This document shows, in pieces, positions 28,529 to 40,256 of a stretch of 64,000 nucleotides of DNA (its first letter is position 1; every line of letters begins with the position of its first letter). Position numbers and translations under genes: made by a program. Below the pieces are notes generated by a model. The model saw only the letters and a list, made by a program, of their open reading frames with translations. It searched no databases and was not told the origin of the DNA. Source of the stretch: Oleiphilaceae bacterium (GTDB taxonomy: Bacteria > Pseudomonadota > Gammaproteobacteria > Pseudomonadales > Oleiphilaceae); the NCBI GenBank assembly GCA_047628385.1, contig JBLHVH010000001.1, forward strand, positions 8,191 through 72,190. The letters run 5' to 3'.

Positions 28529-30439
28529 ATGAAACATCATCCACTAGTCAAAGATTTAATTAAACAACACATTCCGAGTAATGTTGACGAGACACAACTT
28601 AGTGCTTTTTTTTCAGCATTAGATCAGCAATGCTTTCAAGCAGATTTCGAGCGAGAACTGTTAGAAAAGTCAATTCAATGTACCTCTATCGAACTAACAG
28701 CCAGAAACGAAGTCTTAGAAAAACAGTTAAATGAGCTAAAACAAACTCAAACCGCTCTAGAGGAGTCTTATTCTTTACTCCATGCCAGCCTTAATTCAAG
28801 CTATGAAGCGTTATTCGTCTTAGATTTGAAAGGTAAGATTCGACTTTACAACCCAAATTTCAGCAGTATGTTTAATATCGACACCGACAAAAATCAAATA
28901 AATAACATCGAAGAGTATTTAAATATCGTCAGCACTATGACGCTTGAAAACAACCAATTCGGAAAAAACTTTCTAGATACCTTTGCCACACCCGAGAAAA
29001 AATCTCGGCATGAACTAAAAACAAACCAAGACCGAACCATAGAAGCCTATTCAAGCCCTCAATTACTGGGGTCTAAAATAGTTGGTCAAGTATGGAGTTT
29101 TCGTGACGTTACCGAACTAAAATTAAAAGAAGAAGAGGCACGCTACCGTGCTTACCATGATTTATTAACCGGCTTACCAAACAGGCGTTTACTCTCCACA
29201 AGATTAAGCCAGGCACTCAGCAACCTTAACAACGAAAATAAAACAGCCTTACTATTTATTGACCTAGACGGCTTCAAAGATGTCAACGACTCTCTTGGGC
29301 ACAGTATTGGCGATACGCTTTTAAAAGAAATTACGCTTAGAATACAACTGGATATACCGCCTCACACCATGCTCTTCCGCCATGGAGGCGATGAATTCAT
29401 TGCCGTCATGGAATCTCAAACCGAACAACAGTCTTCCGCAAATTTTGCACAAAAAATAGTGGACTCTTTTGTCACACCGTTCCATATTGAAAATGAAGAA
29501 ATATACATGAGCGCTAGCATTGGTATTGCGTTAGCACCAGATCATGGCAATAGCCCAGACCAACTCATTAGCAATGCTGATATAGCGATGTATCAAGCAA
29601 AACAACGAGGAAAAAACGCCTTTGTAATTTATCAAAATAAATTAAATGAACAAGCACCTCACCGCTTAAAAATTCGAAACCAATTAAGCATCGCACTCGA
29701 AAAAAATCAATTTGAATTATTTTTTCAACCGAAAATTTCTCTCGAAACAGGTACTATAAAAGGTGCCGAAGCACTCATACGCTGGAGCACCACTGACGGC
29801 CAATATAGAAGTCCTCTTGAATTTATCCCTATCGCAGAAGAAAATGGACAAATAATCCCGATTAGCCAATGGGTAATAAAACGTTGCTGCCAGTACCTTA
29901 AAGACTGGCAAAATGATTTAGATGATGATTTTGTACTTGCATTAAACATCTCTGCCAGACATTTTCATAAAGGTTTACTCCAACAGGATATGGCAAAAAT
30001 TATATCTGAAGTCGGCATAGACCCCACAAAACTAGAACTTGAAGTCACAGAAACTGCAATAATGGACGATATTGACCTAGCCGTACAAACCCTCACAGAA
30101 CTAAAGAAAATGGGTATAAGAACCGCCATTGATGATTTTGGAACAGGTCATTCATCTTTAAGTTATTTACGAAAGCTGCCGATTGAAATCTTAAAAATAG
30201 ATAAAAGCTTTATTGATGAAATTCTGATCTCCCAAGAAGATCAGACACTCGTCAGAGGTATTATTAACATGGTACACGCTCTAGGAATTGAAGTGGTAGC
30301 AGAAGGCGTTGAAAACCATAGTATGGCCTCATTGCTACAAGAGATGAATTGCGACCTAGTTCAAGGCTACCATTACTGCCGCCCAGTACCTGAAAAAGAA
30401 TTCATTGAGCTCATAAGAAATAGGCAGTGCTACATTTAA
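28529..30439 (+). CDS. Cyclic-di-GMP signalling protein: coiled coil / PAS-like domain, GGDEF and EAL
   Basis: Intact GGDEF motif (RHGGDEFIAV). EAL-domain motifs EALIRW, DDFGTGHSSLSYL and QGYHYCRP. Confidence 0.9.
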   Translation: MKHHPLVKDLIKQHIPSNVDETQLSAFFSALDQQCFQADFERELLEKSIQCTSIELTARNEVLEKQLNELKQTQTALEESYSLLHASLNSSYEALFVLDLKGKIRLYNPNFSSMFNIDTDKNQINNIEEYLNIVSTMTLENNQFGKNFLDTFATPEKKSRHELKTNQDRTIEAYSSPQLLGSKIVGQVWSFRDVTELKLKEEEARYRAYHDLLTGLPNRRLLSTRLSQALSNLNNENKTALLFIDLDGFKDVNDSLGHSIGDTLLKEITLRIQLDIPPHTMLFRHGGDEFIAVMESQTEQQSSANFAQKIVDSFVTPFHIENEEIYMSASIGIALAPDHGNSPDQLISNADIAMYQAKQRGKNAFVIYQNKLNEQAPHRLKIRNQLSIALEKNQFELFFQPKISLETGTIKGAEALIRWSTTDGQYRSPLEFIPIAEENGQIIPISQWVIKRCCQYLKDWQNDLDDDFVLALNISARHFHKGLLQQDMAKIISEVGIDPTKLELEVTETAIMDDIDLAVQTLTELKKMGIRTAIDDFGTGHSSLSYLRKLPIEILKIDKSFIDEILISQEDQTLVRGIINMVHALGIEVVAEGVENHSMASLLQEMNCDLVQGYHYCRPVPEKEFIELIRNRQCYI

Positions 30440-30452
30440 TCACTAAAGATGA

Positions 30453-30920
30453 TTACGGCAACACCGCATACTTACCCTTAAACTGGACACACGCGTTCTT
30501 ATTTTCATCAAGTATTACTACCTCTAAATGAAAAATTGCTTTACCCCGACTCTCATAGCTTCTTTTTATATGCACCAAGTCATCGTCACTTGGCGCATTA
30601 ACTGTCGCTATTAACCGCCCCCTTAATGGCCTTAAATAATCAATTTCTCCTTTAGCGACAACGATATCTCCCGCTAACCCTAACTCTTTTGCTTTTAAAT
30701 CGGTCATACCCCAGGCAGTGATCACACATAAATTATAAAGACTGCCACCAAACGCAGTACCTTTGTCATTTATATTCTTATCTAATGGCGCACTCACCAC
30801 TAGCGTGTCACCCGAATACTTATCTACACTAATACACGCCGCTCTTGCTAAAGGCAGATGCTCGATAATAAAGTTTTCAAGAGTTTTACCCGCGCTTATT
30901 TGATCCGATATAAGACTCAC
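30453..30920 (-). CDS. Hotdog-fold thioesterase of the YiiD C-terminal type
   Basis: 155 aa. The segment APLDKNINDKGTAFGGSLYNLCVITAWG is typical of the yiiD_Cterm family. GTG start preceded by AAGAGGA. Confidence 0.6.
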   Translation of the reverse strand: MSLISDQISAGKTLENFIIEHLPLARAACISVDKYSGDTLVVSAPLDKNINDKGTAFGGSLYNLCVITAWGMTDLKAKELGLAGDIVVAKGEIDYLRPLRGRLIATVNAPSDDDLVHIKRSYESRGKAIFHLEVVILDENKNACVQFKGKYAVLP

Positions 30921-30941
30921 TTATTAACATCCTCTTAAACG

Positions 30942-30976
30942 AAAAAAGGGGTTATATCTTAAGATATAACCCCTTT
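30942..30976 (-). terminator. Strong rho-independent terminator (13-bp perfect palindrome) downstream of pnp
   Basis: The minus strand reads aggggttatatct-taagatataacccct followed by tttttt. It lies about 150 nt after the pnp stop codon and only about 20 nt before the thioesterase start. Confidence 0.75.
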
Positions 30977-31122
30977 CATTCTATTGATTTGCTCTAAAAA
31001 TTCATACACATTTGTAGCACACTGGTTGCTCTAATAAAAACTAGCACTAATAAAAACGGTGCTAACAAATATCATATTAATAAATGCCTAACTGTATTTT
31101 CAGAACACCAAAGCAAATAAAC

Positions 31123-33216
31123 TTACTCAGCTTCAGGCATATCTTTCATGCTCAACTTAATTCGACCACGATTATCAACATCGAGAACTTTAACTTTTAC
31201 TTGTTGGCCTTCTTTCAGGACATCAGTCACTTTCTCAATACGCTCATTCGAGATTTGAGAAATATGAACCAATCCATCTTTACCGGGTAAGATATTAACG
31301 AACGCGCCAAAATCAACAATACGTTCAACTTTACCCGTATAAATTGCACCAATTTCAGCTTCGGCTGTAATACCCAAAATCATATCGATTGCAGCTTGAG
31401 CACTTTCGTTGTCTTCGCCATAAACCTTAATTGAACCATCGTCATCAATATCAACTGATGCACCAGTTTGTTCTGTAATAGAACGAATTGTTGCGCCACC
31501 CTTACCAATAACATCACGAATCTTGTCTGAGTGAACCTTCATCGTACGCATTGCTGGCGCTTTATCAGATAAAGTTTCACGCGGATGCTCAAGAACCTTG
31601 TTCATTTCGCCAAGAATATGAATACGAGCAGCATGAGCCTGCTTAAGTGCAGCATCCATGATCTTCTCATTAATGCCTTCGATCTTGATATCCATCTGTA
31701 AAGCAGTAATACCTTCATCGGTACCCGCTACTTTAAAGTCCATATCGCCTAAGTGATCTTCGTCGCCCAAAATATCAGTAAGAACGGCAAACTCTTCACC
31801 TTCCTTAACAAGACCCATGGCAATGCCTGCAACAGGTGCAGCTAAAGGTACACCTGCATCCATCATTGCCAAGCTGCTTGCGCAAACACTTGCCATTGAG
31901 CTTGAACCGTTAGATTCGGTAATTTCAGACACACAACGAATGGTATACGGAAATTCTTCAGAATTAGGCATAAGTGCCTGCAAACCGCGCTTAGCTAACT
32001 TACCATGGCCAATTTCACGACGTCCTGGAGGACCCATACGACCACATTCACCTACAGAGTATGGAGGAAAGTTGTAGTGCAACATAAAGCTTTCTTTGTA
32101 TTCGCCAGCATAAGCGTCAACAATTTGTGCATCACGAGACGTACCCAAAGTAGTCGCTACAATCGCTTGTGTTTCACCACGTGTAAAGAGCGCAGAACCG
32201 TGTGTATTTGGCAACACGCCCACTTCAACCGCGATAGGACGGACAGTACTGTTATCACGCCCATCTATTCGAGGCTCACTCTTAATGATTCTGCCACGAA
32301 CAACTTGCTTCTCAAGCTTAGAAAAATAACCCTTAACATCATCAGCTGAAGGAGAATCGTCGGCATCAGATACTAGTTTTTCAACAGCAGCTGATTTCAA
32401 TTCACCTAAAGCGCTGTAACGCGCCATTTTATCACTGATTGAGTAAGCAGCACTGATACCTTCTGAATACTCAGATGCAATGCTTTCAGCTAAAGCAGCA
32501 TTAACCGCTTCTGGCTTCCAATCCCACTTCTCTGTACCAACTTCAGCAGCAAATTCAGACACAGCAGTAATGATTACTTGCATTTCTTGGTGAGCAAATA
32601 AAACCGCACCTAACATCTCATCTTCAGTTAATTCTTTCGCTTCAGACTCAACCATTAATACTGCGTCTTTAGTACCCGCAACAACCATATTTAGCAGCGA
32701 GTCTTCTAAAAATGCATTAGTAGGGTTTAAAGTGAAGCCTTCTTCGTCAGTAAAACCAACACGTGCTGCACCGATAGGACCATTAAACGGAATCCCAGAA
32801 ATAGCTAATGCTGCAGACGTGCCAATCATTGCTGCGATATCTGAATCATCAGTTTTATTCGCAGACATTACCGTACAAACAACTTGTACTTCGTTCATAA
32901 ACCCATTTGGGAATAATGGACGTATTGGGCGATCAATTAAACGAGACGTTAACGTTTCTTTTTCAGAAGGACGTGACTCACGCTTGATATAACCACCTGG
33001 AATTTTACCAATAGCATATTGCTTTTCATTGTAAAATACAGATAACGGGAAGAAGCCTTGACCTGGAACTGCTTTTTTAGCGGCAGTAACTGCAACTAAA
33101 ACTGCAATATCATCCATAGTGACTAATACAGAACCTGTCGCTTGACGCGCAATTCTACCTGTTTCAATTGTTACTTCTGACTTACCATACTTAAATTTTT
33201 TAATGACCGGATTCAC
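31123..33216 (-). CDS. pnp: Polyribonucleotide nucleotidyltransferase (PNPase)
   Basis: 697 aa with two RNase PH domains plus KH and S1 domains ([28 protein letters not shown]). GTG start preceded by GGAG. Confidence 0.97.
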   Translation of the reverse strand: MNPVIKKFKYGKSEVTIETGRIARQATGSVLVTMDDIAVLVAVTAAKKAVPGQGFFPLSVFYNEKQYAIGKIPGGYIKRESRPSEKETLTSRLIDRPIRPLFPNGFMNEVQVVCTVMSANKTDDSDIAAMIGTSAALAISGIPFNGPIGAARVGFTDEEGFTLNPTNAFLEDSLLNMVVAGTKDAVLMVESEAKELTEDEMLGAVLFAHQEMQVIITAVSEFAAEVGTEKWDWKPEAVNAALAESIASEYSEGISAAYSISDKMARYSALGELKSAAVEKLVSDADDSPSADDVKGYFSKLEKQVVRGRIIKSEPRIDGRDNSTVRPIAVEVGVLPNTHGSALFTRGETQAIVATTLGTSRDAQIVDAYAGEYKESFMLHYNFPPYSVGECGRMGPPGRREIGHGKLAKRGLQALMPNSEEFPYTIRCVSEITESNGSSSMASVCASSLAMMDAGVPLAAPVAGIAMGLVKEGEEFAVLTDILGDEDHLGDMDFKVAGTDEGITALQMDIKIEGINEKIMDAALKQAHAARIHILGEMNKVLEHPRETLSDKAPAMRTMKVHSDKIRDVIGKGGATIRSITEQTGASVDIDDDGSIKVYGEDNESAQAAIDMILGITAEAEIGAIYTGKVERIVDFGAFVNILPGKDGLVHISQISNERIEKVTDVLKEGQQVKVKVLDVDNRGRIKLSMKDMPEAE

Positions 33217-33387
33217 AGCGGCTCCTTATAAATTTCATATTTTCATTAATTACGTTTTGCAAAATAACTACGACTAAAGCTTTACGTCTCAATGCTCTTT
33301 TTAAACATGATTACGGCTAAAAACACTCAGACATAAAACTTTATGGCTTTCTACAAAACACTGACTTACTTTCTATTTTCTACCTTA

Positions 33388-33431
33388 TAAAACAAAAGAA
33401 CCGGCATATCTATCTTTCAAGATAAGCCGGC
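33388..33431 (-). terminator. rpsO terminator / start of the pnp leader
   Basis: The minus strand reads gccggcttatcttgaaagatagatatgccgg followed by ttcttttgtttt, about 40 nt after the rpsO stop codon. Confidence 0.75.
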
Positions 33432-33472
33432 ACTTAATTATCTACAACGTAGATGAAACAACACAAGGCTGC

Positions 33473-33742
33473 TTATCGACGTAGACCTAAACGAGCAATT
33501 AGATCAACATAACGTGCTGCTTTTTTACGTTTCAAGTAGTCCAACAACTTACGACGCTGGTTTACCATGCGAATCAAACCACGACGTGAATGGTGATCGT
33601 GTTTATTACCTTTGAAGTGTGATTGCAGTTTGTTGATGTTAACAGTCAACAATGCAACTTGTACTTCTGGAGAACCAGTATCGCCTTCAGCTTGCTGGTA
33701 TTCGCTTACTACTTTTGCTTTTTCTTCGGCATTAAGTGCCAT
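33473..33742 (-). CDS. rpsO: 30S ribosomal protein S15
   Basis: 89 aa. [14 protein letters not shown]...[22 protein letters not shown]. Confidence 0.97.
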   Translation of the reverse strand: MALNAEEKAKVVSEYQQAEGDTGSPEVQVALLTVNINKLQSHFKGNKHDHHSRRGLIRMVNQRRKLLDYLKRKKAARYVDLIARLGLRR

Positions 33743-33858
33743 AGTTATTTCCTTAATAATATGCAGTTAAATAATCAGCCATGACCGTGCATATTTACAG
33801 TCTGGCGTCTTGAATTTTTAACGCTATAAACACTCAGCATTCAATATAAGTGTTTATG

Positions 33859-34857
33859 TCACTCAGTATTGAAATTCACTAAACGTTTTGGCTGAATCAT
33901 GCCATCTTCAAGTACATCAACAACACCCGCAAAAACGTCATAAGACGCTTCAGAATCATTTGAAATATCAGGCTTGTTTTCAGCAATTTCTCGAGAAACA
34001 TAAATACTCGCCATACCTGGCTCAAGATCTATATTTTCAGCGTGCGGTATTCTAACTGCTTGGCCGAGTAATATCGACCTTGCAAGCTCATTATTTAGGC
34101 TAACTTTAGGTGTATTTGGTAATAAGCAGTCAATTGGGTGTATAAATTGATCCAACTCAAGATTTATAGCACCCTCTTCAGCCTTATCAGCTAGCGCATC
34201 AAGCGTATCCATGGTAACTGAATCTGCTAATGTAAAGTGACCAGCTTTGAAACGACGAAGCATTGATACATGCCCACCACAACCTAATTCGCCACCAACA
34301 TCTTCAACCAAAGAACGGATATAGGTTCCCTTCGAACACTCTACGGTAAGGTCCAACTCAACATCACGAAAAGCAGTTAGGTCTAAGCGGAAAATTGTAA
34401 TAGGTCGTGCTGGCCGCTCAATTGTTATCCCTTTTCTAGCATATTCATACAAAGGACGACCTTGATGTTTTAACGCTGAATACATTGAAGGCACTTGATT
34501 AATGTTACCCGTAAAAGGTTTAAGTGCTGATTCAATTAGTGCTTCAGATAATGGCGGAACTGTATGGGTCGACACATGCTCACCTTCACTATCACCCGTT
34601 GTGCGAATATCGCCAAGCGTAGCCGTTGTGTAATAGCCTTTATCTGCATTGAGTAAGTATTGGGAATATTTGGTGGCTTCACCAAAGCAAATGGGCAAAA
34701 CGCCCGTTGCTAATGGATCTAGACTTCCAGTATGTCCTGCTTTTTGCGCACCAAACAATCTGCGCACTTTCTGCAAGGCAAAATTAGAAGTCATCCCCTG
34801 AGGTTTATCTAATAATAGGACGCCATTTAACATGCGCCCTTTACGTTTACGTGCCAA
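33859..34857 (-). CDS. truB: tRNA pseudouridine-55 synthase
   Basis: [14 protein letters not shown]...[19 protein letters not shown], which includes the catalytic Asp motif. Confidence 0.95.
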   Translation of the reverse strand: MARKRKGRMLNGVLLLDKPQGMTSNFALQKVRRLFGAQKAGHTGSLDPLATGVLPICFGEATKYSQYLLNADKGYYTTATLGDIRTTGDSEGEHVSTHTVPPLSEALIESALKPFTGNINQVPSMYSALKHQGRPLYEYARKGITIERPARPITIFRLDLTAFRDVELDLTVECSKGTYIRSLVEDVGGELGCGGHVSMLRRFKAGHFTLADSVTMDTLDALADKAEEGAINLELDQFIHPIDCLLPNTPKVSLNNELARSILLGQAVRIPHAENIDLEPGMASIYVSREIAENKPDISNDSEASYDVFAGVVDVLEDGMIQPKRLVNFNTE

Positions 34858-34863
34858 TCTAGC

Positions 34864-35253
34864 TTAACCTTCGGTTTGATCGTTATCTTTCTTTCGCGCT
34901 TTTGTTATCAACTGGTCTAACTGACGACCACGTTTAACAGACGCATCAAAATGAAAACGCAATTGAGGAATTGTCCGTAGACGAATCATACGACTCAACT
35001 CACTTCGTAAGAAACCCGCAGCACCATTAAGAATACTAATAGTCGTCTTAACCTCCTCATCATCTGCATCTAAATCTTCAGCAGTGAGCAAGGTCACATA
35101 GACGTCCGAGTACCCTAGGTCTTTAGCGACTGTTACTTGATTCACAGTTATCATGCCTAGACGGGGATCATTCAACGAAGATCTTATTAACTCAGCTAGA
35201 TCGCGCTGCATTTGGTCAGCAATGCGATCTGTTCGATTAAATTCTTGAGCCAT
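34864..35253 (-). CDS. rbfA: Ribosome-binding factor A
   Basis: 129 aa. RIADQMQRDLAELI...DPRLGMITVNQVTVAKDLGYSDVYV. Confidence 0.95.
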   Translation of the reverse strand: MAQEFNRTDRIADQMQRDLAELIRSSLNDPRLGMITVNQVTVAKDLGYSDVYVTLLTAEDLDADDEEVKTTISILNGAAGFLRSELSRMIRLRTIPQLRFHFDASVKRGRQLDQLITKARKKDNDQTEG

Positions 35254-35275
35254 ATATTTTATATACCGTTAGCGA

Positions 35276-37798
35276 TTATGATTCTAAAGTACGTTCAACA
35301 GAGACTTGATCAAATACTTCAATCTTGTCGCCGACTTTAACATCGTAGTTTTTAACACCTATACCACATTCGGTACCAGAACGAACGTCATTTACATCAT
35401 CTTTAAAGCGACGTAGTGATTCTAATTCGCCTTCAAAGATAACGATATTATCACGTAGAACACGAATATTCTTATTACGATGAATAGTTCCTTCAACAAC
35501 GATACAACCAGCAACTTGTCCAAATTTAGGCGACCTAAAGGTCTCACGTACTTCAGCGATGCCGAGTATAACTTCTTTAAACTCAGGCGCTAACATACCC
35601 GTTAAGGCGAGTTTCACATGATCAATAATTTCATAAATCACGCTATAGTAACGTAAATCTAAACCTTCAGCTTCGATAATGCCTCTGGCCGTCGCATCTG
35701 CTCGCACATTAAAACCAATAACGACAGCATTTGACGCTAAAGCAAGCGTTGCATCAGTACCGGTGATACCACCAACACCACTTGCAACAATTCGAACTTG
35801 AACTTCATCATTACCAATTTCATTTAATGCTGAAGTTAGCGCTTCTAACGAACCACGAACATCAGTTTTTAATACAATATTCAGATGACTAACTTCGTCT
35901 TTACCCATGTTCTCGAACATGTTTTCAAGCTTAGCAGCCTGCTGACGATTCATTCGGTCTTGGCGGATTTTTATATCGCGGAACTCAGCGACTTCACGCG
36001 CTTTACGCTCATTAGCTACTACGAAAAATTCATCACCTGCATCAGGCGTTCCACTTAAGCCTAAGATCTCTACAGGAATCGATGGACCCGCCTCTTTTAC
36101 TGACCGACCATTCTCATCCTGCATTGCTCGAACACGTCCATAGAACGTACCCGCTATAATAATATCACCACCAAACAATGTACCATGCTGTACAAGTACC
36201 GTTGAAACAGCACCACGACCTCGGTCTAAGCGCGATTCAATAACAACACCTTTCGCTGGAACATCTTTTGCCGCTTTTAATTCTAACATTTCAGCCTGCA
36301 AAAGCACCGCATCAAGTAAAGCATCAATCCCTTCACCCGTATGAGCCGACACATTTACAAACTGAACATCACCACCCCAATCTTCTGGAATAACATCTTT
36401 CGCTGCCATTTCGTTCTTAACACGATCTGGATCAGCGCCTTCTTTATCCATCTTATTTACAGCAACAATTATCGGCATATTAGCTGAACGCGCATGCTGA
36501 ATTGCTTCTTCTGTCTGAGGCATCATACCGTCATCAGCAGCGACAACAAGAATAACAATGTCCGTACTTTTTGCACCACGTGCTCTCATCGCAGTAAAGG
36601 CAGCGTGTCCGGGAGTATCAAGGAAAGAAATCATTCCATGACCAGTTTCAACGTGATACGCACCGATATGCTGAGTTATTCCACCTGATTCGCCGCCAGC
36701 AACTTTCGCTTTACGAATGTAATCAAGCAGTGAAGTTTTACCATGATCAACATGACCCATCACACTTACAACAGGCGCTCTAGGTGATTCAAAGCCTTCA
36801 TAGTCAATACTTTCTAACATTTCGGTTTCTACAGCATCTTCAGAAACAAGCTTAACTGTATGACCTAATTCTTCAGTAATAAGTACAGCTGTTTCTTGGT
36901 CAATAGACTGATTGACCGTCGCCATAATCCCCATACCCATTAATGCTTTAATAACCACTACGCTTTTTACAGACATTTTATCAGCTAATTCACTGACAAT
37001 AATGGTTTCACTAATAGCAACTTCACGCACTACTGGCGTAACAGGCTTTTCAAAGGTATGCGTGCGCTTTTGCTTAAATTTCTTTTTCTTCATTTTCAGC
37101 TGGCGAGGTTTATCCTCTTCCAACTTAATGGCACTAAATACTTCTTCTTTCTGACGGTTTGGACGATGATGACCTGCAGATTTAACATGTTTCTTAGGAC
37201 TATCATCTTGAGCAGTTTCTTTAGTTTCTTTCTTTTTCTGCCACTTTTCTTTTTTCTCTTCTACCGCAGGAGCAGCAGGTTTTTTATCAAACTTATTTTT
37301 CGCGTCTGATTTATCTCCCGCTGGTACTGTTTCAGCAGACTTAGGTGCTTCAGCTTTTTTAGCGTCTTCAGCTATTTTAGCCTCTTCAGCTATTTTAGCT
37401 TGTTCAACTTCTAGTTCAGCGCTCTTAGCTTGCTCAGCAACAAGTAACGCTGCTTTCTCTTCTTCTAGCTTTAGCTTCTCTGACTCTATGTCCATCTCTG
37501 GCCGCTTAACATAAGTACGTTTTTTACGCACCTCTACATTAACCGTTTTAGTTTTACCCTGCCCAGCAGACATTTTTAAGGTTGAACTTGTTTTACGCTT
37601 GAGTGTAATTTTCTGAGGTTCACCCTCTTCTTCGCCATGACTACGCTTCAAATGGCTCAATAATGTTTTCTTCTCTTCATCTGAAACGGCATCATTTTCG
37701 TTACGCGAACTAAGTCCGGCGTCACTAATCTGCTTCAACAGTCTTTCGACTGGAGCTCCGATATCGTTTGCCAGCTGCTTAACTGTTACTTCTGACAT
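35276..37798 (-). CDS. infB: Translation initiation factor IF-2
   Basis: 840 aa with GTPase motifs [17 protein letters not shown] and NKMD. The N-terminal region is low-complexity and K/E/A-rich. Confidence 0.97.
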   Translation of the reverse strand: MSEVTVKQLANDIGAPVERLLKQISDAGLSSRNENDAVSDEEKKTLLSHLKRSHGEEEGEPQKITLKRKTSSTLKMSAGQGKTKTVNVEVRKKRTYVKRPEMDIESEKLKLEEEKAALLVAEQAKSAELEVEQAKIAEEAKIAEDAKKAEAPKSAETVPAGDKSDAKNKFDKKPAAPAVEEKKEKWQKKKETKETAQDDSPKKHVKSAGHHRPNRQKEEVFSAIKLEEDKPRQLKMKKKKFKQKRTHTFEKPVTPVVREVAISETIIVSELADKMSVKSVVVIKALMGMGIMATVNQSIDQETAVLITEELGHTVKLVSEDAVETEMLESIDYEGFESPRAPVVSVMGHVDHGKTSLLDYIRKAKVAGGESGGITQHIGAYHVETGHGMISFLDTPGHAAFTAMRARGAKSTDIVILVVAADDGMMPQTEEAIQHARSANMPIIVAVNKMDKEGADPDRVKNEMAAKDVIPEDWGGDVQFVNVSAHTGEGIDALLDAVLLQAEMLELKAAKDVPAKGVVIESRLDRGRGAVSTVLVQHGTLFGGDIIIAGTFYGRVRAMQDENGRSVKEAGPSIPVEILGLSGTPDAGDEFFVVANERKAREVAEFRDIKIRQDRMNRQQAAKLENMFENMGKDEVSHLNIVLKTDVRGSLEALTSALNEIGNDEVQVRIVASGVGGITGTDATLALASNAVVIGFNVRADATARGIIEAEGLDLRYYSVIYEIIDHVKLALTGMLAPEFKEVILGIAEVRETFRSPKFGQVAGCIVVEGTIHRNKNIRVLRDNIVIFEGELESLRRFKDDVNDVRSGTECGIGVKNYDVKVGDKIEVFDQVSVERTLES

Positions 37799-37826
37799 GA
37801 TTCTCTCTCCTGACTTCGCGTCGTTA

Positions 37827-39320
37827 CTATTCTTGGTCTTCGAACCAAGGCGCTCGTGCTGTCATAATTAATTTACCGGCACGTTCTTCATCCATCCCGT
37901 CAACTTCCATCAACTCATCAATGGACTGTTCTGCCAAATCTTCCATAGTGACGATGCCTTTACTTGCAAGAACCAAAGCCAAATGCTGTTCCATACCGTC
38001 CATGTTCAGTAAATCTTCTGCAGGCTCTTTTCCTTCAAGCTGTTCTTCTGAAGCTAATGCTTGATTCAACAACGCATCTTTTGCTCTACGTCGCAGCTCT
38101 TCTACAGTATCTTCATCAAAACTATCTATTTGAAGCATTTCTTCCAAAGGTACGTAAGCAATTTCTTCTAACGAGGTAAAACCTTCGTTTACAAGATCGG
38201 TCGCTAAATCTTCATCAACGTCTAACTTCTGAATAAATAAGTCAACAAACTTACCCACTTCTGCTTCTTGCTGTTTGCCGGCATCTGACTCCGACATCAC
38301 ATTTAATTCCCAACCGGTTAACTCAGCAGCTAAACGTACATTCTGCCCTGAGCGCCCAATTGCCATTGCCAAATTCTCTTCAGCAACCGCTACATTCATT
38401 GAGTGTGTATCTTCATCAACAACGATAGAAGCAACTTCTGCCGGCGCCATTGCGTTGACAACTAATTGCGCAGGGTTATCATCCCAAAGAATAATATCAA
38501 CGCGCTCATTCCCAAGTTCACCTGAAACCGCTTGAACTCGAGCACCACGCATACCAACACAAGCACCAACAGGATCTATTCGCTTATCATTAGATTTAAC
38601 GGCAATTTTTGCTCTTGAACCAGGATCACGTGCAGCAGCGCGTATTTCAATAATTTCTTCAGAAATTTCTGGCACTTCAATTCTAAAAAGTTCAATCAAC
38701 ATGGCTGGCGCAATACGACTCAGAATTAACTGAGGACCACGTACTTCAACCCTAATTTCTTCAAGCAAGGCACGAACTCGATCTCCCATTCGGAAAACTT
38801 CACGCGCAACCAAATTCTCACGCGGCAATAATGCTTCGGCATTGTTGCCCAAATCGACGATCACATTATCGCGTGTCACTTTTTTCACGGTGCCCGATAC
38901 AAGCTCACCGACACGGTCACGATAACTATCAACAATCATTTCACGCTCAGCTTCACGCACTTTTTGTACGATAATTTGCTTCGCTGCTTGCGCACCTATT
39001 CGACCAAAAGAAACTGATTCAACTTCTTCGGTATGTCGATCACCAGGCTGTAGCTTGATATCAATTTCAGCGGTTTCTTCCATAGTAAGATCAGTCCCTA
39101 AACCCGGAACCGCATCATTATCTACGACCGTCCAATGACGAGAAGTAACATGATCACCTGTTTTACGATCAATAATAACCGTAATATCAGCATCTTCATT
39201 TTCATAACGCTTTTTGGTTGCAGCAGCTAAAGCTAGTTCAATAGCTTCGAAAATAACGTCTTTTCCGACGCCTTTTTCATTCGAGACCGCCTCAACTACC
39301 AGCAATATTTCTTTATTCAT
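37827..39320 (-). CDS. nusA: Transcription termination/antitermination factor NusA
   Basis: [18 protein letters not shown]... matches the E. coli NusA N-terminus, so the start is at 39320 (the ORF track gives 39350). S1, KH and C-terminal acidic repeat regions are present. Confidence 0.96.
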   Translation of the reverse strand: MNKEILLVVEAVSNEKGVGKDVIFEAIELALAAATKKRYENEDADITVIIDRKTGDHVTSRHWTVVDNDAVPGLGTDLTMEETAEIDIKLQPGDRHTEEVESVSFGRIGAQAAKQIIVQKVREAEREMIVDSYRDRVGELVSGTVKKVTRDNVIVDLGNNAEALLPRENLVAREVFRMGDRVRALLEEIRVEVRGPQLILSRIAPAMLIELFRIEVPEISEEIIEIRAAARDPGSRAKIAVKSNDKRIDPVGACVGMRGARVQAVSGELGNERVDIILWDDNPAQLVVNAMAPAEVASIVVDEDTHSMNVAVAEENLAMAIGRSGQNVRLAAELTGWELNVMSESDAGKQQEAEVGKFVDLFIQKLDVDEDLATDLVNEGFTSLEEIAYVPLEEMLQIDSFDEDTVEELRRRAKDALLNQALASEEQLEGKEPAEDLLNMDGMEQHLALVLASKGIVTMEDLAEQSIDELMEVDGMDEERAGKLIMTARAPWFEDQE

Positions 39321-39346
39321 TGCGTCATTCGCTCCAGTATTCAAAT

Positions 39347-39841
39347 TCAATCAAATTGAGGTACAACATTCGCTTTTTCAATCGCTTCAAGAGGGAACAA
39401 GAATTCTTCCTGCTCAACTTGAATTACAATATCATTACCTTCTATGCCATTAAGTACACCATTAAACTTTCGCTGCCCTTCATAAGGCATACGCAATTTT
39501 AGAGCGACATGACTACCTTTAAACCTTTCATAGTGAGACAAATTATATAACGGACGATCCATTCCTGGAGAAGAAACTTCTAAGGTATAGTCGCCTGTTA
39601 TAGGGTCTTCTACATCTAGTACGCCACCAATCTGACGACTAACTTGCTCACAATCTTTTAATTCAACACCACTTTCACTTTGTTCATCATCTGAAGTAGG
39701 ATCGCCAGCTGAGCTTTCTATAAAAATCCGCAAAACCGAGTGCTTGCCTTGTGAAATAAACTCAAGCCCCCAGCACTCAAACCCTAAACCTTCTACAATA
39801 GGTCGAATCATTTCTTCAAGTATTCGTTTTTTAGCTGACAA
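39347..39841 (-). CDS. rimP: Ribosome maturation factor RimP
   Basis: 164 aa. [20 protein letters not shown]...[12 protein letters not shown] aligns with E. coli RimP. TTG start codon. Confidence 0.9.
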   Translation of the reverse strand: MSAKKRILEEMIRPIVEGLGFECWGLEFISQGKHSVLRIFIESSAGDPTSDDEQSESGVELKDCEQVSRQIGGVLDVEDPITGDYTLEVSSPGMDRPLYNLSHYERFKGSHVALKLRMPYEGQRKFNGVLNGIEGNDIVIQVEQEEFLFPLEAIEKANVVPQFD

Positions 39842-39924
39842 TACTAACCGCCTCTTTTTAACCGCATGCTTTTCTGAGAATTCTCACTCTTCAGAAACAA
39901 AAAATGGGCCTAATGCCCATCAAT

Positions 39925-39956
39925 ACGAAAAAACCCCTTCACTGAGGGGTTTTTTG
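39925..39956 (-). terminator. Intrinsic terminator inside the rimP-nusA-infB leader (candidate attenuator)
   Basis: The minus strand reads aaaaaacccct-cagtga-aggggtttttt. It lies about 100 nt downstream of the predicted promoter and about 85 nt upstream of the rimP start. It is symmetric, so it could also terminate plus-strand transcription. Confidence 0.7.
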
Positions 39957-40058
39957 CAAGATTTCTATAAGAGGAATTAGCGAGAATCACCCAAATTCGC
40001 TAAATTAGACCTTAAAGAATTAAACTTCCTAAAAGGGCACTCCATCTTAAGTGGGCGC

Positions 40059-40087
40059 ATTATATTCACCCAGCCATGCAGGGTCAA
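40059..40087 (-). promoter_or_regulatory. Sigma70 promoter of the rimP-nusA-infB operon (TTGACC-17 bp-TATAAT, GC-rich discriminator)
   Basis: The minus strand reads TTGACCctgcatggctgggtgaaTATAATgcgccc. The -35 element sits inside a perfect 9-bp inverted repeat (catgcaggg-N7-ccctgcatg, 40075-40099). Confidence 0.65.
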
Positions 40088-40123
40088 CCACCCTGCATGT
40101 TATAGCCACAAAAAAACATCATA

Positions 40124-40153
40124 AAAAAAGCCTGCCACAAAGTAGCAGGCTTT
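40124..40153 (-). terminator. Terminator of the secG-tRNA-Leu transcript
   Basis: The minus strand reads agcctgc-tactttgtg-gcaggct followed by ttttttt, starting 6 nt after the tRNA-Leu 3' end. Confidence 0.75.
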
Positions 40154-40158
40154 AAAAT

Positions 40159-40245
40159 TGGTGCCCAAGGCCGGACTCGAACCGGCACAGCCATACAGCC
40201 ACTACCCCCTCAAGGTAGCGTGTCTACCAATTTCACCACTTGGGC
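40159..40245 (-). tRNA. leuU: tRNA-Leu (GAG)
   Basis: The reverse complement gcccaagtggtgaaattggtagacacgctaccttGAGggggtagtggctgtatggctgtgccggttcgagtccggccttgggcacca is a long-variable-arm type II tRNA. It sits immediately downstream of secG, as E. coli leuU does. Confidence 0.93.
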
Positions 40246-40256
40246 AAATATCAAAC

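Noticed and set aside
28477-28563. A 28-codon upstream ORF (MKVAFLIHPLRKRYYDTHETSSTSQRFN) overlapping the GGDEF-EAL start codon in another frame.
   Set aside because: It has no Shine-Dalgarno sequence and its composition is unremarkable. An ORF this short is expected by chance in AT-rich DNA.
37365-37399. Two tandem copies, at an 18-bp period, of a 17-nt unit (tcttcagctattttagc) inside infB.
   Set aside because: They encode [11 protein letters not shown] in the low-complexity N-terminal region of IF2. This looks like ordinary coding-repeat slippage with no evidence of a regulatory role.
39744-39980. A 78-aa plus-strand ORF spanning the rimP start and the leader region.
   Set aside because: It runs antisense through the rimP N-terminus and the leader hairpins and has no ribosome-binding site. 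The region is better explained by minus-strand promoter and terminator elements.
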